The notes beneath the pieces are model-generated. The model was not told the origin of the DNA. It worked only from the letters and a program-made list of their open reading frames with translations, and ran no database searches. Below are positions 9,131-17,620 of a stretch of DNA of 32,000 nucleotides, piece by piece; within the stretch, counting starts at the first letter, position 1, and the number at the start of each line of letters is the position of its first letter. The position numbers were made by a program, and so were the translations under genes. The stretch is from an archaeon (GTDB taxonomy: Archaea; Asgardarchaeota; Thorarchaeia; Thorarchaeales; Thorarchaeaceae): positions 1 through 32,000 of the forward strand of contig JAJRZD010000043.1 of the NCBI GenBank assembly GCA_024275415.1. Direction: 5' to 3'.

Positions 9131-10081
9131 ATGAGTCTAAGGATATTTCAGGCATGTGACCCCCATGGCAGCATGAAAACATGGCACCAGATGTGCCGAG
9201 CACCAAAAGTGTTCAAAGTGGATGTTGCCATGATGTGTGGCGACCTGACAGGAAAAGCGATAATGCCGATAATAAAAGAAAAGGAAAACAGATGGTTTGC
9301 TCAACCTTTTGGTCGCAAGAAAGTATTCAAGAAACAGAAGGATCTTGACAAATTCATCGAGTTCACCTCCACAGAGGGATATTATCCTATCGTTCTCGAC
9401 CCTGACGAGTTGGCAGAACTCAAGGAGGACAGTGGAAAGGTGAAATCTCTCTTTGATAGGCTTATGACAGAGCGAATGAAACAATGGCTTGACCAAGCGA
9501 CAGAGATGATTCCTGAACATGTGGTACTTGTGGTCAACCCCGGGAATGATGATCCGTGGGTGATCGATGATATCATAAAGGAACACGAACGCACAATATA
9601 CCCATTGAAACAAGTCGTTGAGATTTCTGATAAACACAAACTAATCTCGTTAGAATACGTGAACTCGACACCTTGGGACACGCATCGCGAATGCGACGAA
9701 GAAGAGTTGATGGAACGGCTTGAAGCCGAGTTCGCAAGAGTGACTGAATCTGATTACGAGAACCTCCTTTGTAACTTTCACGCTCCTCCGCATGGTTCCG
9801 GTCTTGATACTGCTCCCAAGCTTACTGAAGATCATCGAATCACCTATTCAGGAGGCTTTGCCCTTACCGAAGCTGTAGGAAGTACAGCTGTCAGAGAGGT
9901 CATCGAGAAGTATCAGCCACTTGTTGCTATGCACGGGCATATTCACGAATCAGTTGGATTCACAAGTATTGGACGGACACTTTGTGTTAACCCTGGATCC
10001 GAATACCGTGAGGGAATCCTGAAAGGGATGCTAATCACAATTGATGACCGAAAAGCCACAGCAGGCAGAGTTGAACTCTAA
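9131..10081 (+). CDS. Calcineurin-like metallophosphoesterase (Icc-related)
   Basis: All five motifs present: DPH, CGD, PGNDD, FHAPP, HGHIHE. Confidence 0.9.
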   Translation: MSLRIFQACDPHGSMKTWHQMCRAPKVFKVDVAMMCGDLTGKAIMPIIKEKENRWFAQPFGRKKVFKKQKDLDKFIEFTSTEGYYPIVLDPDELAELKEDSGKVKSLFDRLMTERMKQWLDQATEMIPEHVVLVVNPGNDDPWVIDDIIKEHERTIYPLKQVVEISDKHKLISLEYVNSTPWDTHRECDEEELMERLEAEFARVTESDYENLLCNFHAPPHGSGLDTAPKLTEDHRITYSGGFALTEAVGSTAVREVIEKYQPLVAMHGHIHESVGFTSIGRTLCVNPGSEYREGILKGMLITIDDRKATAGRVEL

Positions 10082-10096
10082 CATTTTTGGGAAGTC

Positions 10097-10114
10097 GGGA
10101 CCTGAAAAGGTCCC
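10097..10114 (+). terminator. Perfect 7-bp hairpin with GAAA tetraloop after the phosphoesterase gene (terminator or RNA-stability element)
   Basis: GGGACCT-GAAA-AGGTCCC, 16 nt after the stop codon. Confidence 0.4.
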
Positions 10115-10201
10115 ATCTAATTTCTTAAACCCATTAGATTTAAAGTGCCGTATGGATGACATTTTCTTATAGATTGATTAAATACGAATTGGTGTTCATC
10201 G

Positions 10202-11320
10202 ATGAGATTTGATTTAAGGGACAGGACAGATGTCGAAGATCTGACAACCGGTTGTACATTCTTTGGAACTGGTGGTGGTGGTGATAAAAAAGTTGGTCTG
10301 GATATGCTCTATCCTCATGTAGATACAGGAAAGACAATCAAAATAATAGATGTCGCAGATGTGAATGATAATGATTGGGTGGCATGCCCATACTACTCTG
10401 GAACGATTGCACCCCCGACCGCCGAAGTAGAGGCATCAAGAACAAGATTTCCCTGGGATTCCTATGAACAAGAACTTGATATCGGACTCTCTATCATCGA
10501 AGACTATCTTGATATCAAGTTCCAATCTGTCGCTCCATTTGAGCTGGGGGGTGTCAATACTCCCGCGCCCATAGACGCAGCGACCAAACATGGGATTCAA
10601 TGTGTGGATGGCGATTATGCTGGACGCGCAGTGCCTGAGATATGTCAGAATACAGTCTGCATTGAAAAATTCCCTATGGCGCCCCTTGCACTGGTCGATT
10701 GGTATGGGAACAGGACACTTGTTCAGGATATAGTGAATTACGAGATGGGCGAACGCATCTCTAAAGCATTAAGCGAGTCTGCATGGGGCCGAGTTGGCAA
10801 TGTGGGGTTTCCATTGCAAGGGGCGGAATTCAAGAAAGTAATCATCCCAGGTACGTTATCGACAAGTTACAATATTGGGCGCTTGATACGCAAAAGCAGA
10901 GAAGATGGAGATGATCCAGCAGAAAGAATTGTTGAAAATCACGGTGGTTGGGTTATGTTCAAGGGGGAAGTAGTGGAGAAGAAATGGGAGAATAAAGCAG
11001 GATATATGTGGGGTGAAACGCTTGTCAAGGGCATAGGAGACGTACAAGGTAGGAAACTGAGAATCTGGTTCAAAAATGAGAATCATATCACATGGTTAGA
11101 TGACTCTCCTTGGGTCACAAGTCCTGACCTTATCATCGTGATTGAACAACATACTGGCGAGCCACTAACAAACACCGACATCAACCCTGGTGACAATGTG
11201 AGTGTGATTGGTATGAAAGCAGCGCACCCGATGTTCCGTACGGCTGGAGGGCTTGCAGTTCTCGGGCCAAAACACTTCGGTTTTGATATGACATATAGGC
11301 CAATCGAAGACCTAGTGTGA
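10202..11320 (+). CDS. DUF917 family protein, paralog 2
   Basis: TFFGTGGGGD, ELGGVN, DGDYAGRAVPE, FKNEN, TSPDLI. Confidence 0.88.
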   Translation: MRFDLRDRTDVEDLTTGCTFFGTGGGGDKKVGLDMLYPHVDTGKTIKIIDVADVNDNDWVACPYYSGTIAPPTAEVEASRTRFPWDSYEQELDIGLSIIEDYLDIKFQSVAPFELGGVNTPAPIDAATKHGIQCVDGDYAGRAVPEICQNTVCIEKFPMAPLALVDWYGNRTLVQDIVNYEMGERISKALSESAWGRVGNVGFPLQGAEFKKVIIPGTLSTSYNIGRLIRKSREDGDDPAERIVENHGGWVMFKGEVVEKKWENKAGYMWGETLVKGIGDVQGRKLRIWFKNENHITWLDDSPWVTSPDLIIVIEQHTGEPLTNTDINPGDNVSVIGMKAAHPMFRTAGGLAVLGPKHFGFDMTYRPIEDLV

Positions 11321-11327
11321 TGAATCA

Positions 11328-12029
11328 CTACAACACTATGTAGCCTGTATAGTGTTTCCTATACCAATTTGGCTCATTAGCGAAACGAACCGACTCATAG
11401 TCATTGTTGTAGAATTTGATAGGGTTCTTATCGGGATCCTCATCGGTCTTCTTCATGAGTCGTCGTGTATGGTGAATTGTTGTCTGAGCCCATCGCTTTA
11501 ATGCTAGCTTTTCTCTCCGCAACAAGGAGGGGTTATCCTCCCAGTACTTGTCAATGGCGCGGGCGATTTGTAGGTTGTAGTAGTGTCCGGCAGTCCACGC
11601 CACGACCATAACGAACCCCGCAAACACAGCAAACCCGATGGCATAGGGGATGTAATCAGTGAGCGCAAAGAAAAATGTGAGTACTGTTGCAGGAACAGCA
11701 AACGTGATCAGGATAAGAGATAGAAACCGGAGCGCCTGTCGCCGCGAATACATTTTTTTCACATCGGGAACCTGCGGAGATATCGCCGCAAATCGATGCA
11801 GAACCGTCCTCACAATCTTCCATTGTTTGACGAATGACCTGCCAATCCTGCCTTCTCCGACAGCATTCTCGATGAATGTCAGGTCAAATGCCCGATGTAT
11901 CCTGTAGCCATCGAATACAGTTATTATGTCCTTGCTCCATTTCAGATCAAGTCCTGATGGATCAAACTCGTATGTGTCCAAGTTAATCTTCGTGGGAGGT
12001 TTTTTCGAACCCGGTTTACCTTTACTCAA
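11328..12029 (-). CDS. Hypothetical membrane protein (2 TM helices)
   Basis: 233-aa ORF with a central hydrophobic hairpin; family not recognised. Confidence 0.7.
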   Translation of the reverse strand: MSKGKPGSKKPPTKINLDTYEFDPSGLDLKWSKDIITVFDGYRIHRAFDLTFIENAVGEGRIGRSFVKQWKIVRTVLHRFAAISPQVPDVKKMYSRRQALRFLSLILITFAVPATVLTFFFALTDYIPYAIGFAVFAGFVMVVAWTAGHYYNLQIARAIDKYWEDNPSLLRREKLALKRWAQTTIHHTRRLMKKTDEDPDKNPIKFYNNDYESVRFANEPNWYRKHYTGYIVL

Positions 12030-12169
12030 TCCTATCGCCTCGGGAAGATATCATCATGCTATTTAATCGCCCAACATAAGGATTCCCTTTGTCTTCATCG
12101 AGTGTTTAAGTATTAGAAACAAAACATCAATAAGACGTTTAACTTCATCAGTGGGTTAATCCGGATAAG

Positions 12170-13093
12170 GTGAGTCCCATGAACAACTTGGATATCTATG
12201 AACATATCAGCAAGGATCCATATAATGAGCAGGGAGGCGAACTACGATTCAGTTCATCAGGGATGGAATTCATCCTTCCCCGCAAGAAAAGAGGACGAAA
12301 ATACAAAATTCTATTCGAGGTCTTGTGGGATGAAGTTCTTGCCTATGATTGTAGTGAGATTCAATTCTGCAAGGATGAAAAGACATGGCCTTTGAATGAG
12401 CAATTGCCAGATGATTATTCTCCAGTTGGCACAGCAGGGATGTTTTTCGTTTTTATGCGAGCTAAGGGTGAGGCGTATTTTCAAATTTGGGCAATTATTC
12501 CCCAAGAAGATATCCAAGTTGTATCTGAGATTGCCTCAAAATACGTTGGTCGTGACAAGCTGTCCGGACTAGCACATCATGGCACAACAGCGGCAGTAAG
12601 GCTAGTTCTAAACAACTGTAATGTCATCGAACGCTTGCGGCTCAAATGGCACGACTGGGTTAGGAGAGGACCTTCTATCAGGCCAAGAGCTAAATTCAAG
12701 GAACTGGATCCTGAACTCGTCTTTTGCAAGGAAGGAATGGCTATTGACTTCTTTGGAGCTAGTCCTAAATTAGAGCAGATGTCCACGTTCTGGCCATGGC
12801 GAGTTATCCGGTCTATCAATATCCTTGATAGCGAGGTGCCTGAGATTGCCTTCATATGGCATGAGGACAGCTACACCTTCCGTTTGCAAGTATGGGATGA
12901 TGAAGACCGAAAAGCCATCCTTGATGCGGCAAGGAATGCATTAGAAACGTACAGGTCAAGTGATGACGTATCCGAGATGAAATTAATCCGTCCTTGGTCA
13001 TTCCCTTCAACATTCTATGAAACATGGGATGATTTGAAACCAAATGCCTGCAAGGCCAGTAGGGAAGGTTTCCCACCAATCTTTGAGGAATGA
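12170..13093 (+). CDS. Hypothetical protein, possibly two tandem PH-like domains
   Basis: 307-aa ORF; internal repeat ELRFSSSGMEF...LWDEV vs ELVFCKEGMAI...PWRVI. Confidence 0.65.
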   Translation: MSPMNNLDIYEHISKDPYNEQGGELRFSSSGMEFILPRKKRGRKYKILFEVLWDEVLAYDCSEIQFCKDEKTWPLNEQLPDDYSPVGTAGMFFVFMRAKGEAYFQIWAIIPQEDIQVVSEIASKYVGRDKLSGLAHHGTTAAVRLVLNNCNVIERLRLKWHDWVRRGPSIRPRAKFKELDPELVFCKEGMAIDFFGASPKLEQMSTFWPWRVIRSINILDSEVPEIAFIWHEDSYTFRLQVWDDEDRKAILDAARNALETYRSSDDVSEMKLIRPWSFPSTFYETWDDLKPNACKASREGFPPIFEE

Positions 13094-13158
13094 TATCGAA
13101 AAAAGAAGAGGAGGAAGCCTGGAAAATTCCAGGTTCCTTTCTTTCACTGAATTATTGA

Positions 13159-14730
13159 TCACTCGGGCGGTAGCTGTCCAAACACCGCAGCCATATCTAC
13201 ACCCTTCGCCTTGTTCTTGGCACCGTAGTACATGTACATCAACTGACCGAACAGATAGATGAACACAGTGAACAGCGTTTCAAACGGTAACCCTGATGGA
13301 ACAAAGCTGATGAGAGCGTAGAAGAACACCGCTCCGCTCACAATTCCTGCCAGCGACACTAACGGGAATCCAAGTATGGTCCATGCACCAGATCGTTCCC
13401 ACAAGGTCGGACGGTAGTACGGTAATGCCACCTCAACCAGTGAGAACTGCCATCGAATGAAGGTGTATGTGAACAGGACGCCGATGGCTATTGATACATC
13501 ATACCATATTGCCATTACAATTATGACTACTTGGACAATAAGCCAGTAGTACAGAGAATTGTGGGGCACATGATACTTGGGATGGATGTCTGCCATCATC
13601 TCTGGACACATCCGATCCATTGCCATTGCATGGAACGGTCGCGTCACCCATAGTGCATTCGAAGGTCCATCCAATGTGCTCGCATACAACGGACCAAGGA
13701 TTATGAACACAGCAAGACCAGGGTTGTCAGCAAGAGCCACGGCTGCAAAATTCCCAAAGCCTGGAAAGATGTCTGCTGTGGAGGCTGGATTCCAAGAGGC
13801 AATGTTGTTCCAGTATAGCACATCACCCATGCTTGTTTCAAGTGCATATGCAGAGAGCATGAAGAGTGCGCCGATTCCAACAACACCACCCATGCAGCTC
13901 AAGGGGATGTTCCTACTTGGCTGTGAAACTTCTCCTGCAACTGGCATGATGAGGTATGGCCACATGATACCTACCGCAGTAGTAAGAGCACCGGCTACTG
14001 CACCTAGATTCAGCGTCTGCCAAGCTGAGATATCTGTTATCCCAATACCCGCTGCTGCTGCTTGAAGGTCAGCGATCTCATGACCGGTTCCTGCGAATAC
14101 AGTGTCCCATATCCCGGAAATATTGGTCGTGAGTAGCACGATATCAGCCAATACGACAGCAGCGATATTGATTATTCCCAGGATTATCACAAACCAGCCC
14201 AGTGTGCGTACGCTCAGATAGCTGAAGATGAATCCTATGGCGGTCAGTATCAACGCGAGAATTACAACAGGCACATAATCTGTGTAGCTCCCGAGTGCTG
14301 TCCCTAGGTCGATGAATGTCTGGTTGTTTGTTATTGTGCCAAGCACAAGAAAACCACCCGCTGATACTCTAGCTGCAAAGAAGCTAGCGGATCCCCGGAA
14401 TACTGGATTGGTAATGACTGAACGCCAACCTTCCATTACACCGAAAAGCGGATGGAGACCTCGACCGACAAAGTGGTACGAAGCACCGGACCGTGGCATC
14501 GCAAGCATCAGACACATTGTACCTAAACCTTCGAAAAGTATGGCAAATGTACCTACTGCGAAGGTGGGCACAAGATGCGCGCCCGCAACCCATGTTGATA
14601 CCTGTGGAGCCACGAAATGGAAGTACGGTCCAACAGTCAACGCAATTGGAAGAATCAACGCGAACCACGGACCTACTTCTTTCACGAGTCCGGAGCTTTC
14701 CCTAACGAATAGCAATTGATCGTTGCTCAT
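13159..14730 (-). CDS. APC family amino acid/amine permease
   Basis: N-terminal FVRESSGLVKEVG typical of archaeal APC permeases; AGEV motif, RPFHAMAMDRMCP, about 12-13 TM; AAAGGAG upstream. Confidence 0.9.
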   Translation of the reverse strand: MSNDQLLFVRESSGLVKEVGPWFALILPIALTVGPYFHFVAPQVSTWVAGAHLVPTFAVGTFAILFEGLGTMCLMLAMPRSGASYHFVGRGLHPLFGVMEGWRSVITNPVFRGSASFFAARVSAGGFLVLGTITNNQTFIDLGTALGSYTDYVPVVILALILTAIGFIFSYLSVRTLGWFVIILGIINIAAVVLADIVLLTTNISGIWDTVFAGTGHEIADLQAAAAGIGITDISAWQTLNLGAVAGALTTAVGIMWPYLIMPVAGEVSQPSRNIPLSCMGGVVGIGALFMLSAYALETSMGDVLYWNNIASWNPASTADIFPGFGNFAAVALADNPGLAVFIILGPLYASTLDGPSNALWVTRPFHAMAMDRMCPEMMADIHPKYHVPHNSLYYWLIVQVVIIVMAIWYDVSIAIGVLFTYTFIRWQFSLVEVALPYYRPTLWERSGAWTILGFPLVSLAGIVSGAVFFYALISFVPSGLPFETLFTVFIYLFGQLMYMYYGAKNKAKGVDMAAVFGQLPPE

Positions 14731-14896
14731 TTTTCGGGGTTCTCCTTTGTTTTTTCTCTCTCACGGCGGATTTGATTCTCTCCGTGATAACATTCCTTAG
14801 AGGATTCCTGATATTTAACCCTTGTTAGATTAAGAAAAATTGTCGAATCTATCCATTGTTAAAGACTGTTAAAGTATGAACTGGTAAATCCCACAA

Positions 14897-15098
14897 CTTA
14901 AAGATAGGTTGACAACAGCTGTACAAGACCTAGACGATCATGGACATCTTGTTGTGGGTGCTTGGATAGTTTCGACGAAACATACTCGGTGAGGTCATCC
15001 ATGACATACGTAGGATCTCACGGAGTCCACCCAGTGCCGTTCTCTGGAAGTACAGCACTCTGGTGTCAAAGCTTGTATAACTTACAATAAACGGTCTA
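14897..15098 (+). ncRNA. Candidate structured ncRNA element, copy 2 (family unknown); span includes the putative promoter
   Basis: Stems: GACCT 14927-31/AGGTC 14992-96, TGACAT 15002-07/GTGTCA 15063-68, CGGAGT 15021-26/ACTCTG 15057-62, CCAG 15031-34/CTGG 15044-47, GTACAG 15050-55/TTGTAT 15073-78. Loop GCCGTT 15036-41 is complementary to AACGGT 15090-95. Confidence 0.55.
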
Positions 15099-15119
15099 AT
15101 ACATACCTGTAAACAAACC

Positions 15120-16007
15120 TTACTCCAGATCCTTGAAAAAGTCCTCATCGAGAAGATAGACATTCACTGGAACCGTACGAATCCCTGTCTTGCTCTCTGT
15201 GAGGATATGCAGAATGATTTCTTTGTCCATGATATGAACAGGAGTAGTGGATACATTGGGTACAAGCGCTTCTTCGCGTCCTTCGTCATCTACAATACCA
15301 TTAGAGATCAATACACCTTGATTTGCCCCATATTTAGGGAGTGCACCCCGAATCTCAAGGATGGTTTCTTTAGTTATCTTCTCATCCAGGCCGCATTTCT
15401 TTACATGGAACACTACAGGGGCTCGGCCTCCGTCATCCAGCCAAGAAGTAGTCAAGATAATCGTGTTGTTGTACCGATCCATCTCTTTCACTTCCGCTCC
15501 GTCTTTTCCGACACGAGCTCTGATGTTCGTAAGGATGACAATGGCTAACTGTTTGAATGCATCAAGGCTGAGGTTCGCAATGGCCTGGTTGAGCTTGCTT
15601 CGCGTGACCTTGTTGAATTCAGAAGCTCGTTTGCGGACTTCTTTGACTGACTCCTCATCTATTGCGCCCTCACATAGCTCGTTGTATTGGTATAGTCCAG
15701 GACCTTTTCTGACAAAATAGGCTGGCCGATCGTCACGCAATGCCTGTTTCTGTTCAATAGAGAGGGATGCTGAAACAGAAGCGGGATCGCGTCCCAAGTC
15801 CTCTGCGATGTCCGTGTAGTGAACTGGCTTGTGCCTTGCATGTTTCGCAAGCCATTTCTTTAAAGTCAATCGTTGGTCTTTATTGTCCACTGTCAAGGTC
15901 ATCAACAGCATCAAGTTGAACGTTGCATGAACCGATTTAAGGCTCAGCGTTTGAATGTAAAACTGCATTAGTACGTATATATCTTTCTTAAGTATATAAT
16001 CGACCAC
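15120..16007 (-). CDS. HARE-HTH (HB1/ASXL) domain fused to an Mrr-like restriction-endonuclease-fold domain; true start probably near 15911 or 15902
   Basis: N-terminal VHYTDIAEDL...YFVRKGPGLYQY (HARE-HTH-like); C-terminal LS.DAFKQL...HVKK...TILEIRGAL...ANQGVLISNG...EA (Mrr_cat-like). Confidence 0.75.
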   Translation of the reverse strand: MVDYILKKDIYVLMQFYIQTLSLKSVHATFNLMLLMTLTVDNKDQRLTLKKWLAKHARHKPVHYTDIAEDLGRDPASVSASLSIEQKQALRDDRPAYFVRKGPGLYQYNELCEGAIDEESVKEVRKRASEFNKVTRSKLNQAIANLSLDAFKQLAIVILTNIRARVGKDGAEVKEMDRYNNTIILTTSWLDDGGRAPVVFHVKKCGLDEKITKETILEIRGALPKYGANQGVLISNGIVDDEGREEALVPNVSTTPVHIMDKEIILHILTESKTGIRTVPVNVYLLDEDFFKDLE

Positions 16008-16054
16008 AATTTTAATACTGATTTAATGTTAGAGATAGTGGAGACAACAGAAAA

Positions 16055-16345
16055 ATGATACAGGTATATGTCAAGCTTATGGGAAAAGGTCTCAAGTCTC
16101 ACGAGCATGATATGTTCCCTTTCGAGATTGGCACGAACACGACTGTACGCGGGTTGATAGATGCCCTTCACAGCAACTACAGAGAACGCTTCGAGGTATA
16201 TTTGGAGGAAATCGAGAATCGGACGTTGCGAAAGGATGCTATCGTTATTGTGAATGGTGCCAACATGGTGACAAAAGACGGGCTGGATACCAAGTTGTCA
16301 AAGGGAGACCTTGTTGTGTTCATGATCGCAGCGGTTGGTGGATGA
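16055..16345 (+). CDS. MoaD/ThiS/SAMP ubiquitin-like sulfur carrier
   Basis: 96 aa; IVIVNG, LDTKLSKGDLVVFM, C-terminal VGG. Confidence 0.9.
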   Translation: MIQVYVKLMGKGLKSHEHDMFPFEIGTNTTVRGLIDALHSNYRERFEVYLEEIENRTLRKDAIVIVNGANMVTKDGLDTKLSKGDLVVFMIAAVGG

Positions 16346-16423
16346 ACAAGTAACATTGATCCACCTTTTACTGATATGCGACCATCCGTTTTCTTTTGTT
16401 TCGAACAGCTTGTTGTGGAGCAT

Positions 16424-17620
16424 CTAATCATCAGGGATATAGTAAGGGTCAAGAATCTCCTCGTCAACGATGCCAGCACTAACCGCGACAAGCTCTGCAA
16501 TGTCCAACACTCTGATTGGTGCATCAGCTTTGTACACTGCATGAGTCAGGTTCATCTCACACGCTGGACAGATGGTTGACAGTATCTCTGCGTCAGTTGC
16601 TTGGACATGAACCAGGCGTTCCGCTGAAACCTTTTCTGAGTGTTCTGAGAACATTAGCTTCACACCGCCACCGCCTCCACAACAGAAAGCATCTGCTCTC
16701 ACACGATCCATCTCAACAAACTTGATTCCAGGGAGGGCTTTGATGACCTTGCGAGGGGATTCATAAATCTCTTTATACCGTCCAATCTCGCACGGGTCAT
16801 GGTATGTAACCACGACATCAATCGAGTTCTTCAGTTCCAACTTTCCGCGTTCTATGATCTCTTCGAGCACCTCGCTGGTATGTTTCACTTTGAAGGGCAG
16901 TGTTTCGACCCCTAGGATGCTTGGGTATTCCTCATCGAACGCCCTAAAACAACTCGGGCACGGTGTGATGATTTCCTTCACACCACGCTCAGAGAGCATA
17001 TCGACATAATCCTGCACCCACTTGGTCGCATGTTCCATTTTCCCAGAAATCCAGAAGGGTGTTCCACAACACTTCTGGTCGTCGCCCAAGAAGTCAAGCT
17101 TGTATCCAGCAGCTTGCAAAACACGTACGAGGATGTTCGTCTTCTCCTTGAAGCGATGACTTGCAAGACACCCTGGATAGAACAGAATGCCTGAACCAGA
17201 CTCGAATTGAAGCCCACTAGCCCATGCACTATGTGCTTTGGCACTTTCCTGAAAGATATTCCCGGACTCATAGGCACTGTCAGCCATCTGGGCCCCCTCG
17301 ACTGGGATTGGGATCCCTTGCTCTACAAAGTCCTCACGCATTGCCTTCGTGATAGCAATCACATCGATCTGTGCTGCTTTCTTGCATTCCTCGCGACACC
17401 TCGCACACATGAAACACCCGAAGATTCGCTCCGCCAGATCCTCAGAGTACTTGAGTTTGCCTTCAAGGATGCCTCGGGCTATAGCCATCCGACCCCGAGC
17501 AGTAGAAGACTCCCAGTATTGCGTGAAGACCTCTGGACAGCGCTCATTGAATTCCTGACCCCGACAGAAATTGCACCTGCCGCAGGCATAGATCATATCC
17601 TTATATTCGTCAATCCTCAT
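16424..17620 (-). CDS. Fe-S oxidoreductase with 4Fe-4S dicluster plus two CCG domains (GlcF/GlpC/HdrD-like)
   Basis: CGRCNFC..CP, CFMCARC..EC, YPGC, CCG, PCPSC, YHDPC, FCCGGGGG, CPAC; 4-nt overlap with the upstream FAD gene. Confidence 0.9.
   Translation of the reverse strand: MRIDEYKDMIYACGRCNFCRGQEFNERCPEVFTQYWESSTARGRMAIARGILEGKLKYSEDLAERIFGCFMCARCREECKKAAQIDVIAITKAMREDFVEQGIPIPVEGAQMADSAYESGNIFQESAKAHSAWASGLQFESGSGILFYPGCLASHRFKEKTNILVRVLQAAGYKLDFLGDDQKCCGTPFWISGKMEHATKWVQDYVDMLSERGVKEIITPCPSCFRAFDEEYPSILGVETLPFKVKHTSEVLEEIIERGKLELKNSIDVVVTYHDPCEIGRYKEIYESPRKVIKALPGIKFVEMDRVRADAFCCGGGGGVKLMFSEHSEKVSAERLVHVQATDAEILSTICPACEMNLTHAVYKADAPIRVLDIAELVAVSAGIVDEEILDPYYIPDD

Noticed and set aside
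14760-14790. TCACGG...CCGTGA hairpin in the APC permease leader as a riboswitch
   Set aside because: Only a 6-bp stem, no second copy or recognisable aptamer consensus.
455-14921. TGC vs TGA in GGT-TG(C/A)-CAA-CAG-CTG as a Cys/selenocysteine pair
   Set aside because: The copy 2 frame hits TAG within a few codons and the flanking peptides do not align; I saw no selenoprotein-like interrupted CDS in the window.
569-15097. Repeat pair as a DGR template/variable repeat
   Set aside because: Mismatches are not adenine-specific, neither copy lies in a CDS 3' end, and there is no reverse transcriptase in the window.
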